Below are positions 22,777 through 34,430 of a stretch of 64,000 nt of DNA, piece after piece. Numbering within the stretch: the stretch's first letter is position 1; each line of letters begins with the position of its first letter. Origin of the DNA: an uncultured Methanosarcinaceae archaeon (lineage in GTDB: Archaea; Halobacteriota; Methanosarcinia; Methanosarcinales; Methanosarcinaceae). The position numbers and the translations under genes were made by a program. Location: contig CAWJYV010000007.1 in the NCBI GenBank assembly GCA_963847185.1, positions 800,001 through 864,000 on the forward strand, read 5' to 3'. Below the pieces are notes generated by a model, which ran no database searches, was not told where the DNA came from, and saw nothing but the letters and a program-made list of their open reading frames with translations.

Positions 22777-23265
22777 TGATAAAGAGGCAAAATTAGATCA
22801 GCAATTAGATTGGCTTAAAGAAATTGGTTTTTGTGATGTAAGTTGCATATACAAGTTTTATCAGTTTGCAGTAATGTTTGGAAGAAAAACTGAATAATTC
22901 AGAGACATGTATGTATCCGAAAAATTATTTTGCATATTAGTACAAGAACCAGTTTGTACATCTGGCTAAGTTTAATCAATCTCATTCCCATGCTTACATT
23001 TGCATGGGTCTCTTTTCTTATCTCATTCATGATCCTTTTTAAGACAGCTGAGCATAATATTACCTAGATTTTTATTAAGTAACTTTCGATTGTAATAAAT
23101 ATTATCTTATGCAAAGTCTAATTGGATATATTTATAAAAAATATTATATATTGATGTTTTGATTTGGCTTTTTATACACATCCTGGTTTTCATTCAACAA
23201 AGTTTATTACATTAGAAGATTAATTATAAAGTTAGCTGGAAAATGGGGGTTAAATTCTGAATATA

Positions 23266-25848
23266 ATGTTAAAACTTCAGGATGCCGTCAGTAGCCTTAA
23301 AAGGGGTCATTTTTATGGGCAGGATAAAGAAGAAGAGGCAGAGGAAGAAAAAGGCTGCTTGTACAGAATAAAGCAAACAAAAAACAGGAAAACCATTTTC
23401 ATTAACTGCAAAGAATGTGAATTTGAATCTTCCTTAAATGATACACATTGCAGAAAGAACATTCTTTCTATCCTGCAAAAGGAAGTTCATGCCAACTGCC
23501 TGGTACTTTCGAGATTATATGAAAGGGATTACGAGGAAGAAGCACTGGCTTTACTCTATATTCTTGCAGGCTTCAATGAAATAATTGCAGCATATCGAAG
23601 TACAGAGATAGTTTCGGAGACCTGTTCCAGACCCGAGAAAAAAGAATGTGAACTTGAGAGGAAAGAGCTAATCGATTTTTTTGCTGAGATAGTAGAAACC
23701 GACCCTTTGAAAGCTCGATTGGAAATAAAAAGGTCTGTTCAGGGGAACATTTTAAAGAAAATCCCCAACATTCTTCCTGTTTGTTCTGGATGTTCCGAAT
23801 GTTTTTATCAGACGCTTCGAGAAATGGAAGAGAAATTATCTTCTTTTCCCGAAATTCCTGCTCTTAATAGAGCAGAAATTCGATTTTCTTCAGCAAACCT
23901 GCCAGGAAATTCAGGAAAATTTCTTAGAAACGGAGCAGAAACAAAAACAGAAGCAAAAGTAGAATCAAAAATAGAAACAAAAGCAAAAAAACTGATAGAG
24001 GATATTTCCGAAGAAGTAACCCTCTCAAAAATCTCAAAACATATTCCATTTGTTACCTCCAAAAGCAAGCCAGAAAATGAAGAAAATAATAACAATTCTA
24101 CAGGGGAGGCTTTCGACTACGAAAAAGTAATCAAACCTCATGTAAGGCCTCCTTTTTCCAGCTCTCGCATTTATGCCGAAGCCCCCGGAAATACCGAGTT
24201 TCTTGAGTGTTATGATATAAACGGCAGAGAAGGGAGAAAACTTGAGATTTCCATTTATAGTTACACTGACAGGCCTGAAAAGCTTTACATGATCCGGCCC
24301 CCTGAATATAATCTCAGGCAAGAAGAGCTCAGACTACTGGAGATAATCCGAAGACGGATGATTCAATACAGGCCAAAAGATCTTGCCTTTACAGATCCCA
24401 TAGATGCCAGGGAATATTTCAGGCGCATGGCAAAAGAACTTCTGGAAGAAGAACTCTTAGAAAGCCGGGAAACCTGCAGCCCGGAAGAACTTGAAAGTTA
24501 TGCAGACCTGCTTGCAAGATATACAAACGGGCTCGGGATCGTAGAGGATTTGCTTTCGGATTCGAGGATTACCGATGTATATATCAACGCCCCTGCCGAC
24601 ACAAACCCTGTTCATGTTGTCATGGACGGAGAGGAATGTGCAAGTAATGTTTTTCTCTCGCAGGACGACCTGGATGCTCTTGTGTCAAGGTTCAGGACGA
24701 TTAGCGGCAGGCCTTTCGGAGAAGCTATTCCTGTGCTTGAACTCAACCTTGAGGCTTTCGGAGTAAGGGTTTCGGTAATAGGAGACCCTCTAAGTGCGAA
24801 CGGTCTTGCCTATGCCTTTCGAAAACACTCCCTTTATCCCTGGACTCTGCCTAAACTGATTAATACAGGTTCTATTTCTCCATACGGCGCAGGGCTCTTA
24901 AGCTTTCTCATGGACGGACAGGCTTCGGTCCTTGTTGCAGGTGAAGTCGGAGCAGGGAAAACATCGCTGCTTTCCTCCATGCTCCTTGAAATTCCGCAGA
25001 AATACAGGATTCTGACAATAGAAGACACTAACGAACTCCCCATTGAAAAACTCCAGAGTTTAGGCTGGAAGGTCCAGGGAATGAGCTCGCATTCCTCTGT
25101 TCTGAAATCAGGGGCAGAAATGAGCCCTGAAACTGCACTTCGGGCTGCTCTGCGGCTTGGGAGCTCATCTCTCGTACTTGGGGAAGTCAGAGGTTCGGAG
25201 GTAAAAGTGCTCTACGAAGCCATGCAGGTCGGAAAAACTGGAAATTCGGTTATCGGGACAATTCATGGTTCTTCTATTGAAAACGTATACGAAAGAGTCG
25301 TGCATACTCTTGGTGTTCCTCCAGCCTCATTCAAGGCCACCGATGCAGTAATTATTTGCTCCAGCATCAGGCTTGAAGGAACCATGAAGAAACTGAAACG
25401 TGTAAGCCATATTGCAGAAGTTACCAATGTTGCAATCGAAAACCCTGAACCTTCTGAGATCTTCACGGATCTGATGGATTATGATGCCTCACAGGACTGC
25501 CTGCTTGCAGGAAAGGCTCTTGAACAGGGGCAGTCTGAACTGATAGGCAAAATTGCAGGGAAATGGGGGATTTCTATAGACAGGGCCTTAAAAAGCATCG
25601 AGCTCAGAACAAGGATAAAAGAAAAGATTGCGATTGCAGGCCGCAAGAAACCTTCCCTTCTGGAGGCGGAAGCAGTTAGCCAGGCAAACAATATGTTCTG
25701 GTTACTTTCTGACTCCATGACAAAAAGCAAAGCCTATCAGAAAGAACATGAAATAAACTCAGAGTCCGACTCGGAAGACGATCTGGAAATACTTTATCGA
25801 AAATGGGAAATCTGGTTTGAAAATTTTGCCAGGCAGGCAAAGGAATAA
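23266..25848 (+). CDS. Type II/IV secretion ATPase (TadA/VirB11/FlaI-like) with Cys-rich N-terminus
   Basis: Walker A AGEVGAGKTS, TIEDTNEL, LGEVRG, GTIHG. Confidence 0.92.
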   Translation: MLKLQDAVSSLKRGHFYGQDKEEEAEEEKGCLYRIKQTKNRKTIFINCKECEFESSLNDTHCRKNILSILQKEVHANCLVLSRLYERDYEEEALALLYILAGFNEIIAAYRSTEIVSETCSRPEKKECELERKELIDFFAEIVETDPLKARLEIKRSVQGNILKKIPNILPVCSGCSECFYQTLREMEEKLSSFPEIPALNRAEIRFSSANLPGNSGKFLRNGAETKTEAKVESKIETKAKKLIEDISEEVTLSKISKHIPFVTSKSKPENEENNNNSTGEAFDYEKVIKPHVRPPFSSSRIYAEAPGNTEFLECYDINGREGRKLEISIYSYTDRPEKLYMIRPPEYNLRQEELRLLEIIRRRMIQYRPKDLAFTDPIDAREYFRRMAKELLEEELLESRETCSPEELESYADLLARYTNGLGIVEDLLSDSRITDVYINAPADTNPVHVVMDGEECASNVFLSQDDLDALVSRFRTISGRPFGEAIPVLELNLEAFGVRVSVIGDPLSANGLAYAFRKHSLYPWTLPKLINTGSISPYGAGLLSFLMDGQASVLVAGEVGAGKTSLLSSMLLEIPQKYRILTIEDTNELPIEKLQSLGWKVQGMSSHSSVLKSGAEMSPETALRAALRLGSSSLVLGEVRGSEVKVLYEAMQVGKTGNSVIGTIHGSSIENVYERVVHTLGVPPASFKATDAVIICSSIRLEGTMKKLKRVSHIAEVTNVAIENPEPSEIFTDLMDYDASQDCLLAGKALEQGQSELIGKIAGKWGISIDRALKSIELRTRIKEKIAIAGRKKPSLLEAEAVSQANNMFWLLSDSMTKSKAYQKEHEINSESDSEDDLEILYRKWEIWFENFARQAKE

Positions 25849-25951
25849 AAATAATCTTCTGAGTCACGATTTGTGATCACTTGAATGATTCGTGATCACT
25901 TGAATGATTTGAGTAGTCATTTGAGGGGATAAGCTCACAATCTGGGGGAAC

Positions 25952-27892
25952 ATGTCAGAAGAAAGAAACTGGTATGTAAGAGCCTGTAAAACCACTGCAA
26001 GGAAATGGAAGTGGACTATTCCTGATCCTGTCGCCTTCAGCAGAAAATGCGAAAAAAGTGTCAGTCCGGAGTACAGAAATGCTCTTATATTTACAGGTTT
26101 TGACCTAGAAGCCTTTGAAACAGTGTTATTTTCTTATGTGGGGACTTTTGCGACTTTAATTATGCTTCTCGGGATAGATCTCCTCCTCCTTTTTTCCACA
26201 AGTTTTGATTCCAGGACACTTTTTGTTATGGGTACACTAACCTTTGTTGTTCCCCTTATTGTCCTCTGCTACCTGAGCGAGTACGTGAAAATCAGGGCAG
26301 GTTTTATGAAAATTTCTTCCCTTGGAGACATTCCTGAGATTCTGAGCTATATAGTCATGTACATGAAATTAGTTCCAAACCTTGAACATGCTGTCCTTTT
26401 TGCAGCCCGAAACTCCGAAAGGCCGCTTGCAAAAGATTTAAAAAAACTGACCTGGGATCTCAATCTCAGGATCTACAGCAGTATGGATGATGCCCTCCTG
26501 TCTTTTGCCGACCTATGGGGCAGAAACAGTGAATATTTCAAGCGTTCCCTGCATCTGATCAAAAGTTCAACATCAGAACCTGATGAAGCTCAGAGGGTTA
26601 TAACCTTAAACCGTGCTCTGGATATAAGCCTCGAAGGCACTGAACGCCTTATGGACTCTTTTGCGGCAAAACTGAAGACCCCAAGTTACATTCTCTACTC
26701 GATTTTCATTCTGATTCCTCTGGCCCTGGTAGCTCTCCTTCCTGCTGTCACGGTCGTGGGGATGAAACCAGAGCTCTCAGATCTTGTGCTCCTTTATGAC
26801 TTCGTTTTTCCGGCTCTTGCAGTACTATATTCGGAATATATTCTTATGCAGAGGCCGGTTGCCTTCATCCCAAAACAAATTCCTGATTCCCATCCTGACC
26901 TCTTAGATATTCAGCAGAAGAAAAGTTATGCCATAATGCTTTCGGCCCTGGTCTTCTTGCTGATAGCTCCGTCAGGATATTTCCTGCTATTATTGGGGAA
27001 TCCTGGAGAAATTGTTGCAACTGAACCCCTTGAAGGATACTTTACCCCAACTCTTCCACTCATTCTGGGAGGAACTGCTGGAATTTCGATTTACCTGTAC
27101 TTTTCCTCTGTTCCTTACAAGAAAATCAGAGATAGAATTAAACAGATGGAGATGGAATTTGCAGATTCCCTCTTTGTGCTAGGAAGGCGCATTTCAGAAG
27201 GAAAAGCCCCAGAAGAAGCTTTTGCCCATACAGCCAGGACAATGGAAGGTTCAAAAATCGGGGAGGCCCTTGGGGAAATTTCCATGAACCTTCTTAGCAT
27301 GAGAACAAACCTCAAGGATGCTATCTTTGATGAAGACTTCGGGGCCTTCAGGCATATTTATTCAGAAAGGATCCGAAATACCATGCTCCTCTTTACAGAA
27401 AGTGTGCACAAAAACCATGAAGCTGCAGGAGCTTCCCTTATCAAACTTGCAGACCACCTAAAAGAACTCAGTGAAGTTGAAGAACGAATTAAAAGTTCCC
27501 TTTATGACGTTACTTCAACCATGCGTTCTACTGCAGTAATTTTTGCTCCCCTTATTGCAGGGATTACCCTTGCCCTTGCCGAAGTCATTACAAAGATTCT
27601 GGGCCAGGTGGCTGAAAGAGTAAACAGGGTCCCTGCAGATCTGTCCGAAATGCCGGTTGAAATGGGGCAGGAAGCTTTTTCCCAATCCATTTCTCCGGAT
27701 CATTTTCTGCTTGCAATAGGGGTTTACGTTGTCTTCATCAGTGCGATTCTTACCCATTTTGCAGGTTCAATAGAATATGGGGGAGACCGCGAGCAACTAA
27801 AATACGACCTTGCCTGCATGCTTCCCATTTCAATCATTGTATTCGCAGTTTCTACCGCAGTCTCAAGAATCGTTTTTAGCGGGTTGGTATGA
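25952..27892 (+). CDS. TadC/FlaJ-like pilus assembly membrane platform protein
   Basis: Multi-TM protein with two T2SS-F-like cytoplasmic domains, directly after the ATPase. Confidence 0.8.
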   Translation: MSEERNWYVRACKTTARKWKWTIPDPVAFSRKCEKSVSPEYRNALIFTGFDLEAFETVLFSYVGTFATLIMLLGIDLLLLFSTSFDSRTLFVMGTLTFVVPLIVLCYLSEYVKIRAGFMKISSLGDIPEILSYIVMYMKLVPNLEHAVLFAARNSERPLAKDLKKLTWDLNLRIYSSMDDALLSFADLWGRNSEYFKRSLHLIKSSTSEPDEAQRVITLNRALDISLEGTERLMDSFAAKLKTPSYILYSIFILIPLALVALLPAVTVVGMKPELSDLVLLYDFVFPALAVLYSEYILMQRPVAFIPKQIPDSHPDLLDIQQKKSYAIMLSALVFLLIAPSGYFLLLLGNPGEIVATEPLEGYFTPTLPLILGGTAGISIYLYFSSVPYKKIRDRIKQMEMEFADSLFVLGRRISEGKAPEEAFAHTARTMEGSKIGEALGEISMNLLSMRTNLKDAIFDEDFGAFRHIYSERIRNTMLLFTESVHKNHEAAGASLIKLADHLKELSEVEERIKSSLYDVTSTMRSTAVIFAPLIAGITLALAEVITKILGQVAERVNRVPADLSEMPVEMGQEAFSQSISPDHFLLAIGVYVVFISAILTHFAGSIEYGGDREQLKYDLACMLPISIIVFAVSTAVSRIVFSGLV

Positions 27893-27910
27893 AACCGATT
27901 CTAAATATAC

Positions 27911-30038
27911 CTATAAATAAAAATTTAAGATTGTGATGAACAACAGAAACCCTATGACGACAGGCCAGTAAAGTATCTTAATGTAAATGTTGTCTTTTGT
28001 ATCAATAAAAGGGATATGCCTATTTGACGCAAAAGCTATAGAATTCAGAGAAACAACTATTATCCCAAGGTACAATGTCCAGTAGAAATACTCAAGGTAG
28101 ATGATATTGCCTACTGGAATTCTAGACCTGAAAGAAGTGTGGGAAATGATGAGAGTAAAAAGAAGGGTAGTGCAGTAGGCCAGGACTCCATGTGAACTGA
28201 ATCCGAAATGTTTTTTGTTTTCATCCTTGGTCGTTATCGTAAGTATTGCAAAAAGAAGAACGAATGCTACTATTATGAGTAGAAGATCAGAAACAAAAGA
28301 GGCCTTAAAATCCCTTTTGATATCTACTTTAAAGTGAAATTCGCTTGCACTCAAATTTGCAAAATTTTTTACTCCGAAAGTGGTGTTATAAGGATTTACC
28401 CTATAACTGAAAAAACTTTTTTCCAATTTCCAGCCATCAAGCATGAACGAATGTCCCAAACCAGGACGGGTTTCTGGAATCAAGCTGTTGTAGGAATCAA
28501 AGTCAGGAATAAAGATGTTTCCTGCAGGATTATTACTAACTATCCTGATCGATATTTCTTCCCTGGCAAAAGGATATCTTGAGTAATCAAATTGCTGGCG
28601 CAGAGTAGTCTTAAAATGCCAGCCTGTAATACCTTTGTCTTTATCCTCATAAGCTTTTTCAATTATGGTTTCTTTTGAATCAGGAAAAATAAAGTCCGGA
28701 AAATCCTTTTCAGCCTCTATTGCTGAAATATTTTGCCAGATATATCCGGTTATTATGACATCATTAGCATCCAAAAACTCTACGGACTGGAGAAGTAATC
28801 CTGTAGGAATTATGGGAGTTTTCGGGCTCGTATTGGCGTGTTGCAATACAGTAAAAACATCTTCCCTGCCGAAGACAGCGAGGTCACCGCTATTACTACT
28901 AAGAGTGGGATTATTCATGGCAAGGTCCCACATGAAGCCTATTCCCAGGATACAAAGTAATGAAAAAATAAGCGAGAGCAGCCAGAGCCCTCTGTGATTA
29001 TACATATAAATGGATACAAACAGCAGGCACAGAAAGAATAAAAAAGCAAAAGTTGTGAACACAACAAGAATAATGGAATGGATCTGCTCCATTTTTCTGT
29101 TTCTCAGAGTTTCTTCCTGAGGAAGAACAAGACCCAGAATCCAGTCTGTAGAGGGAATGTTTTTTTGAAATACCCAGTAGGATTTCCCTGTAAAAGAATT
29201 TGTTGTCCAGTAGTCTCCCTCTGTCATATTCTTGCTTATAAAGTAAATATTAGGGTCTTTTTTTGCAAAGTCGTGAATATTTCCGGCCAGATATTCCTTG
29301 ATAGGATAAGAAATAATCACTCCTTTCTCGGAAATGATGTAACCATAACCCGTATTTCCTAACTGAAGGCTTCCTACCCGTGCTCTCACTCCTTCAAGAG
29401 AGTAGCTTACACTTACTACTCCTGCAGCTTTGTGTCCGTTGCCGTATTCCGCAAGATAAAAAGGAACCGAACAATCTATCTGATAATTGGCGTCTGCAAT
29501 CCCGAAGTAAGGTGAAATCCATACTTTGGACCCTTTTTTCAGAGCATCATTGTACCATACAGTGCTTTCACTGTTCTTTGTATAGTCATATTTGACCGGA
29601 GCGTATATGACTTCCGAACCGTTTCTCATGAAGTGAGGTGCATAAAGCTTTCCGGCACGGGCATCAGGGGAATATGCAACGACGATACTATAAATATTGG
29701 GATTGTTTTTCATTTCACCCAGAAGGCGCTCTCTGAGCATGGAATCGTTTTTCAATTTCCCGGAACTCAGATCTTTTGCAATTCCTTCGGTAAGGGAGCT
29801 CGTATAAATTAAGGTCGTCATGAATATCTTTTATGGCATAATCAGCTTTTTGCTGTGCATCTTCCTTTGCCTCTTTTAGAATTATTTCATCTGTCTTGCT
29901 GCTTATGTACTCATACCCTACATGTACCAGTAGCAAAAAACTTAGCAGGCAGAGTAGTGATGCAATATAAACTGCTATTTTCCGATGCTTATTCTTGATG
30001 GTTTTTTTATCTTTAAAAATAATCATTATTATTCCCAT
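27911..30038 (-). pseudogene. Cache-domain pentameric ligand-gated ion channel homolog, frameshifted at about 29806-29808
   Basis: ORFs 29715-30038 and 27911-29821 join if one A of AAA 29806-29808 is removed; Cache motifs (WISPYF, GYGYIISEKG), FDYSRYPF Pro-loop, four C-terminal TMs. Confidence 0.7.
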
Positions 30039-30695
30039 CGTGCAAACGAATGTAATAATCTGGATTCAAGTGTTGCAAAATTCATGATTATTTTCTATTA
30101 AAAGACAGGTTAATTTTTAAACTACCGCCACATTGAGATAATATATTTCGTTTTTGTGTACATCTGCGAAAAGTCGGACTTAATATTAAGTTTATATATC
30201 TATTTTATATATCTCTTTTTATTTTAATTTGCGTCAAATCCAAGGTAAGTAAGAGCTTCAAAGATTCAGGTTCACTTAACCTTTCGATTTTATGTTCCTT
30301 AACTCCAGGCGAAGTGACAATATCATCATTTCTAGTAACAGTAAGCAACCTGCAGTCTCTCTGTCTGGTGAAATGTTACAGGTTTGAAAGGAATTATCCC
30401 TGGTAAATCCAGAGAATTTTTTGGATGCTGTCAAAACAGGGTTTCTATTTTCAATGGCTCTTTTAATGTGAAATTTTCTACTTAATTAATTTCTGAAATT
30501 TATAATTTTAACGAAAAATTGGCGTACTATTAATTTCGATTCTCATATTTTATGAAGTTGATTAAGTGTTGATTGTTAGAGACTTTGGACATAAGGAATA
30601 TATTATGTTTGAAAGTTGTAATGTTTGGAATTCAATCGGATGTGAAAGAAGCGATTGGAACCAAAAATCTCTAGCAGAGTAAAAAGTCAGAATTA

Positions 30696-30808
30696 GGACT
30701 TATGCAATTGGACTGGAAATATCAATGGAATTGACCCTTTAACTGTCTAAATCCGGATATTTACAGCAAACTTGTTAATGCTGATTTACTTTTCAACTGC
30801 ATAAGGAC
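30696..30808. mobile_element. MITE-like element (113 bp) with TA flanks
   Basis: GGACTTATGCAATTG ... CAACTGCATAAGGAC imperfect TIRs, flanked by TA on both sides. Confidence 0.5.
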
Positions 30809-30811
30809 TAT

Positions 30812-31252
30812 TTGGAGGTATGTAACATGTCAAAAAGCAGACTTGTATTTATAATTTTAGCGATTTTTACGCTAGTTGGAGCAGTTCCCCTTGTACTCGG
30901 TGATTCTGTTCAGAAAGCAACCTTATTGGAGGATAATCTAACAATTACACCAGATTTAGCAACTAAAGAAGCTAAATTATTGATAGCACCCACAATCGAT
31001 GTAGAATCATATTATGACTCGTATTTGTATGACGTGACAGTACAGACCATAGACACTGTAGACTATACAGGTTATACCAGTGTTGTTCTTGAAGATAGTG
31101 ATGGTAATTATCTAGGCTGGTTCTGGATTAAAGCTCCAAACTCAACCCAAGAAGAAGAAATATATGATACATTATTACTGTCCAGACAACTTCATGATCC
31201 AGTAACTGTATACACAGATTGTGAGGGTTATATTTACAGGGTAACGTATTAA
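30812..31252 (+). CDS. Hypothetical secreted protein
   Basis: N-terminal signal peptide; GGAGGT RBS suggests start at ATG 30827. Confidence 0.7.
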   Translation: MEVCNMSKSRLVFIILAIFTLVGAVPLVLGDSVQKATLLEDNLTITPDLATKEAKLLIAPTIDVESYYDSYLYDVTVQTIDTVDYTGYTSVVLEDSDGNYLGWFWIKAPNSTQEEEIYDTLLLSRQLHDPVTVYTDCEGYIYRVTY

Positions 31253-32025
31253 CACAAATCTGTAGAATCTTTGAAAAAAGTCTTTGGGGACTGAATAATC
31301 ATATAGGTTCGAGACTATCAGAAAAACAACTATAAGCCCCCTAAGACTTACTATCCAATTCCTTCAGAGTTATTTATTTTTTTCATTTAAATCACATAAC
31401 ATTTTTAAAAATTATCTAATGTAATTATAGACATTTTTGATTCTTCACCTGATTTCATTACTTCTTCAGTTTCGCTGATCCCCTGATTATATTATCCTTA
31501 CTCAGAAACTTAGAGGCAGTGAAGGTTCAGAGAAGGTCTTCAAATATTGATTTCAAAATGCATTCTGATCTTTAATTGTCTCAGAGTGGATTCGAAGAAT
31601 TTTCCTATTGACATTTTCCTACTGACGAGTATCTCCCATATCATGGAATCGCTTGAAATCTTTCCTTCTTGAATCACAACTTTGTCAATTGCAGACCCAA
31701 TTTATTCAATTGGATATCTGTATCTTAGTTTATAAAGGCCATTTGGCAGCGGAATCAAAAATCTAATTTTCAATCTTACAGTTTTTAAGCTTCTTTTTAT
31801 ACTGTTTATGATTCCTATAGGGAGTTATTACAATCAATCTAAAATCCTTAGAGTTTTTATTTATGCCTGCTTTAATTGGACCTACGTTCCTTTCAAGTTC
31901 TCTCTAATTTATATATTTTTAAAAATCTTAGGTTAAAAAGAAAAAATTTAAAAATAATTTGGAAAATTAAGATATCCAGCTTATATTTATCAAAGATATA
32001 ACGTAAACTACGGGGCATAAACTAC

Positions 32026-33759
32026 ATGAAAATGAAATATAAAACACATCGTATACTTTTAACTTCAATATCCTTTCTTTTGTTTTTGAGTCTATTTTCA
32101 TCTATGGTATCGACAGCTACTGCACAAGGTACCTCCTCTACAGCTACATATGCATATATTACGAATGGAGGCAGCAATAGCGTCTCTGTGATTGACACTG
32201 CCACAAACACTGTTGCAGCCACTGTAAGCGTGGGCAGTAGTCCTCAAGGAGTTGCGTTTTCTCCTGATGGAACCCTGGTATATGTGGCTAATTTTGGTAG
32301 TGGTACAGTCTCTGTAATCGATACAGCCACAAATGCTATTGCAGCCACGATAAATGCAGGGAAAAATCCTTATAGTGTTGCAATCACGCCGGATGGAACA
32401 AAAATATATGTGACAAACTACGGCAGCAGCACTGTCTCTGTAATTGATACGACAACAAACAAATTAATATCTACTCTGAGTGTAGGGGGTCAGCCTTTTG
32501 GAGTTGCAGTCACGGAAACAGAAGCATATGTGACAAATGACGAAGATCAAACTGTCTCTGTAATTGATACAACCACAGACACCGTTACATCCACTATCGA
32601 TGTGGAAAACGAATTCCCAGGTGGAGTTGCAGTTGCAGGTTCAGAAGTGTATGTGACAAGTGGGAGTACAGGCAATGTCTCTGTAATTGACATTGCCACA
32701 AATACTGTTACAGAAACCGTATCTGTAGGAGCTAAACCTCATGGGGTTGCAGTTTCTCCTGATGGAACAATGGTATATGTGGCTAACCTTGGTAGTAACA
32801 GTGTCTCTGTAATTGATACAGGCACAAAAGCTGTTGTAGCGACGGTGAAGGTAGGGAAAAGTCCTTACGGAGTTGCAGTTTCTCCGGATGGGAATGACGT
32901 ATATGCAGTAAACGACCACGATAACAGTGTTTCTGTAATTGATACGGACACTAATACAGTCAGAGCGACTGTAAAGGTGGGGGATCTCCCTAAAGCTCTG
33001 GGTCAATTTGTAGGTACTATCCCTGTACCCGAAAAAATCCCTGAAACAAAAGAAGATGAGGACAATTCAACAGAATCAGAAAAAAATACAGGATCAGAAA
33101 AAACTGAAATCACTCAAACGAACAATGTAAATTATTATAATAATACTCAAACAAATAATGTGAATTATTATAATAATCATAATGAAACAAATACTGTAAA
33201 TTATTATGACGATGAACCTGCAGAAAAGACTGGAAATTCAGGATCGGAACATGAAAACGACATTGAATCAGATCCTTCAAAAGCATCTTCTGCAAGTGTG
33301 AACCTTCACGGAGAAAAAACGAAAGTAGCTAAAGGAGAAGACATTTTGCTCAAGCTTTCAGCCGTGAATCTCATTACAAAACCTACAATGCACGTCCAGG
33401 CCATTATCATTCCTCCTTCGGGAATGAGTGTTTCTTCTACAGAGTTTGTTGAATCCGGTGCTGGTCAATATACGACTACATACGAGCTTGAACCCGGTAA
33501 GGGAAGGGATATTGAAGTCAGAATTGCAGCCAATCAGGTAGGAGATTTTAATGTTACAGGCAGGGTAGTTTACTACTTTGGAAATAACAAAAAAGATGGA
33601 GAAGATTATACACTTGATCTCCCAATTCAAGTAGAAGCTCCAGTTCCTCCAACCACGTATGAATCCGCTTCTGGACTCATTAATTCTATACCCGGACTTG
33701 GAGCGCCAGGCCTTGTATTCATACTAATGCTGGTGTTTATTTTAAGAAGAAATAGTTGA
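32026..33759 (+). CDS. YVTN beta-propeller cell-surface protein with C-terminal PGF-like anchor
   Basis: Signal peptide, about 7 YVxN...VSVID repeats, TQTNNVNYYNN repeats, IPGLG + TM + RR terminus. Confidence 0.9.
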   Translation: MKMKYKTHRILLTSISFLLFLSLFSSMVSTATAQGTSSTATYAYITNGGSNSVSVIDTATNTVAATVSVGSSPQGVAFSPDGTLVYVANFGSGTVSVIDTATNAIAATINAGKNPYSVAITPDGTKIYVTNYGSSTVSVIDTTTNKLISTLSVGGQPFGVAVTETEAYVTNDEDQTVSVIDTTTDTVTSTIDVENEFPGGVAVAGSEVYVTSGSTGNVSVIDIATNTVTETVSVGAKPHGVAVSPDGTMVYVANLGSNSVSVIDTGTKAVVATVKVGKSPYGVAVSPDGNDVYAVNDHDNSVSVIDTDTNTVRATVKVGDLPKALGQFVGTIPVPEKIPETKEDEDNSTESEKNTGSEKTEITQTNNVNYYNNTQTNNVNYYNNHNETNTVNYYDDEPAEKTGNSGSEHENDIESDPSKASSASVNLHGEKTKVAKGEDILLKLSAVNLITKPTMHVQAIIIPPSGMSVSSTEFVESGAGQYTTTYELEPGKGRDIEVRIAANQVGDFNVTGRVVYYFGNNKKDGEDYTLDLPIQVEAPVPPTTYESASGLINSIPGLGAPGLVFILMLVFILRRNS

Positions 33760-34430
33760 GATTAGATTGAATAGATTAGAATCAAAATATTCTTACATTT
33801 TTCTGCAGAAAATGAAAAGATTGATTACAAATATTTTTTTTCTCTCATTTTCTCAGGGATTAACTATTTTTCTTCTTTTGCAAATTTCCTGAAATTTTAT
33901 CTTTTTTTTGATGTTTTTAAAAGTAAAGCCATAATTGTGTTTTTGGAAGAATTAGTCCCCACACTTCAGAACAATCTCCTAATTTATACCTTGTTTTCTC
34001 GTATCTAATTACATTATAGACTTATTTACATTCTATTACTTTATTCAAGGTTGCCTCTAAAATTCAGACTCTCTAAAAGTTTATTTGCTCAAAATAAACT
34101 TTTTTAAAATTATAGGTATTAAAAGTAAGTTTATATTTTAGCCAGTTAATTTTGCGACTGTCGCCCCGCAGACAACCGGGAATACAATTGAAACAAAGTA
34201 AGACTCACTAAAGTAGGACTAACAATTTGTATATTTTCAGTAAAAATAAAACAAAACTTATGCAATTGAGTTGAATAAAATTAGCAGTTTGAACATCAAG
34301 TACTACAATTATCTCCAGGAATATCTTCAGTCATATTAAGAAATTAAGAAATATTTTAAATTTATAATCAGGATGGACTTGATCTGCTTTTTTCATATCA
34401 AATGCATAATTCCAACTAAAATTAAAGCAG

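Larger units (their letters stand above)
20621..22897 (+). pseudogene. Class I SAM-dependent methyltransferase disrupted by IS1634
   Basis: ILDVGAGTG motif; the frame resumes after the IS at 22778 as DKEAKLDQQLDWLKEIGF...GRKTE* (stop 22895-22897). Confidence 0.9.
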
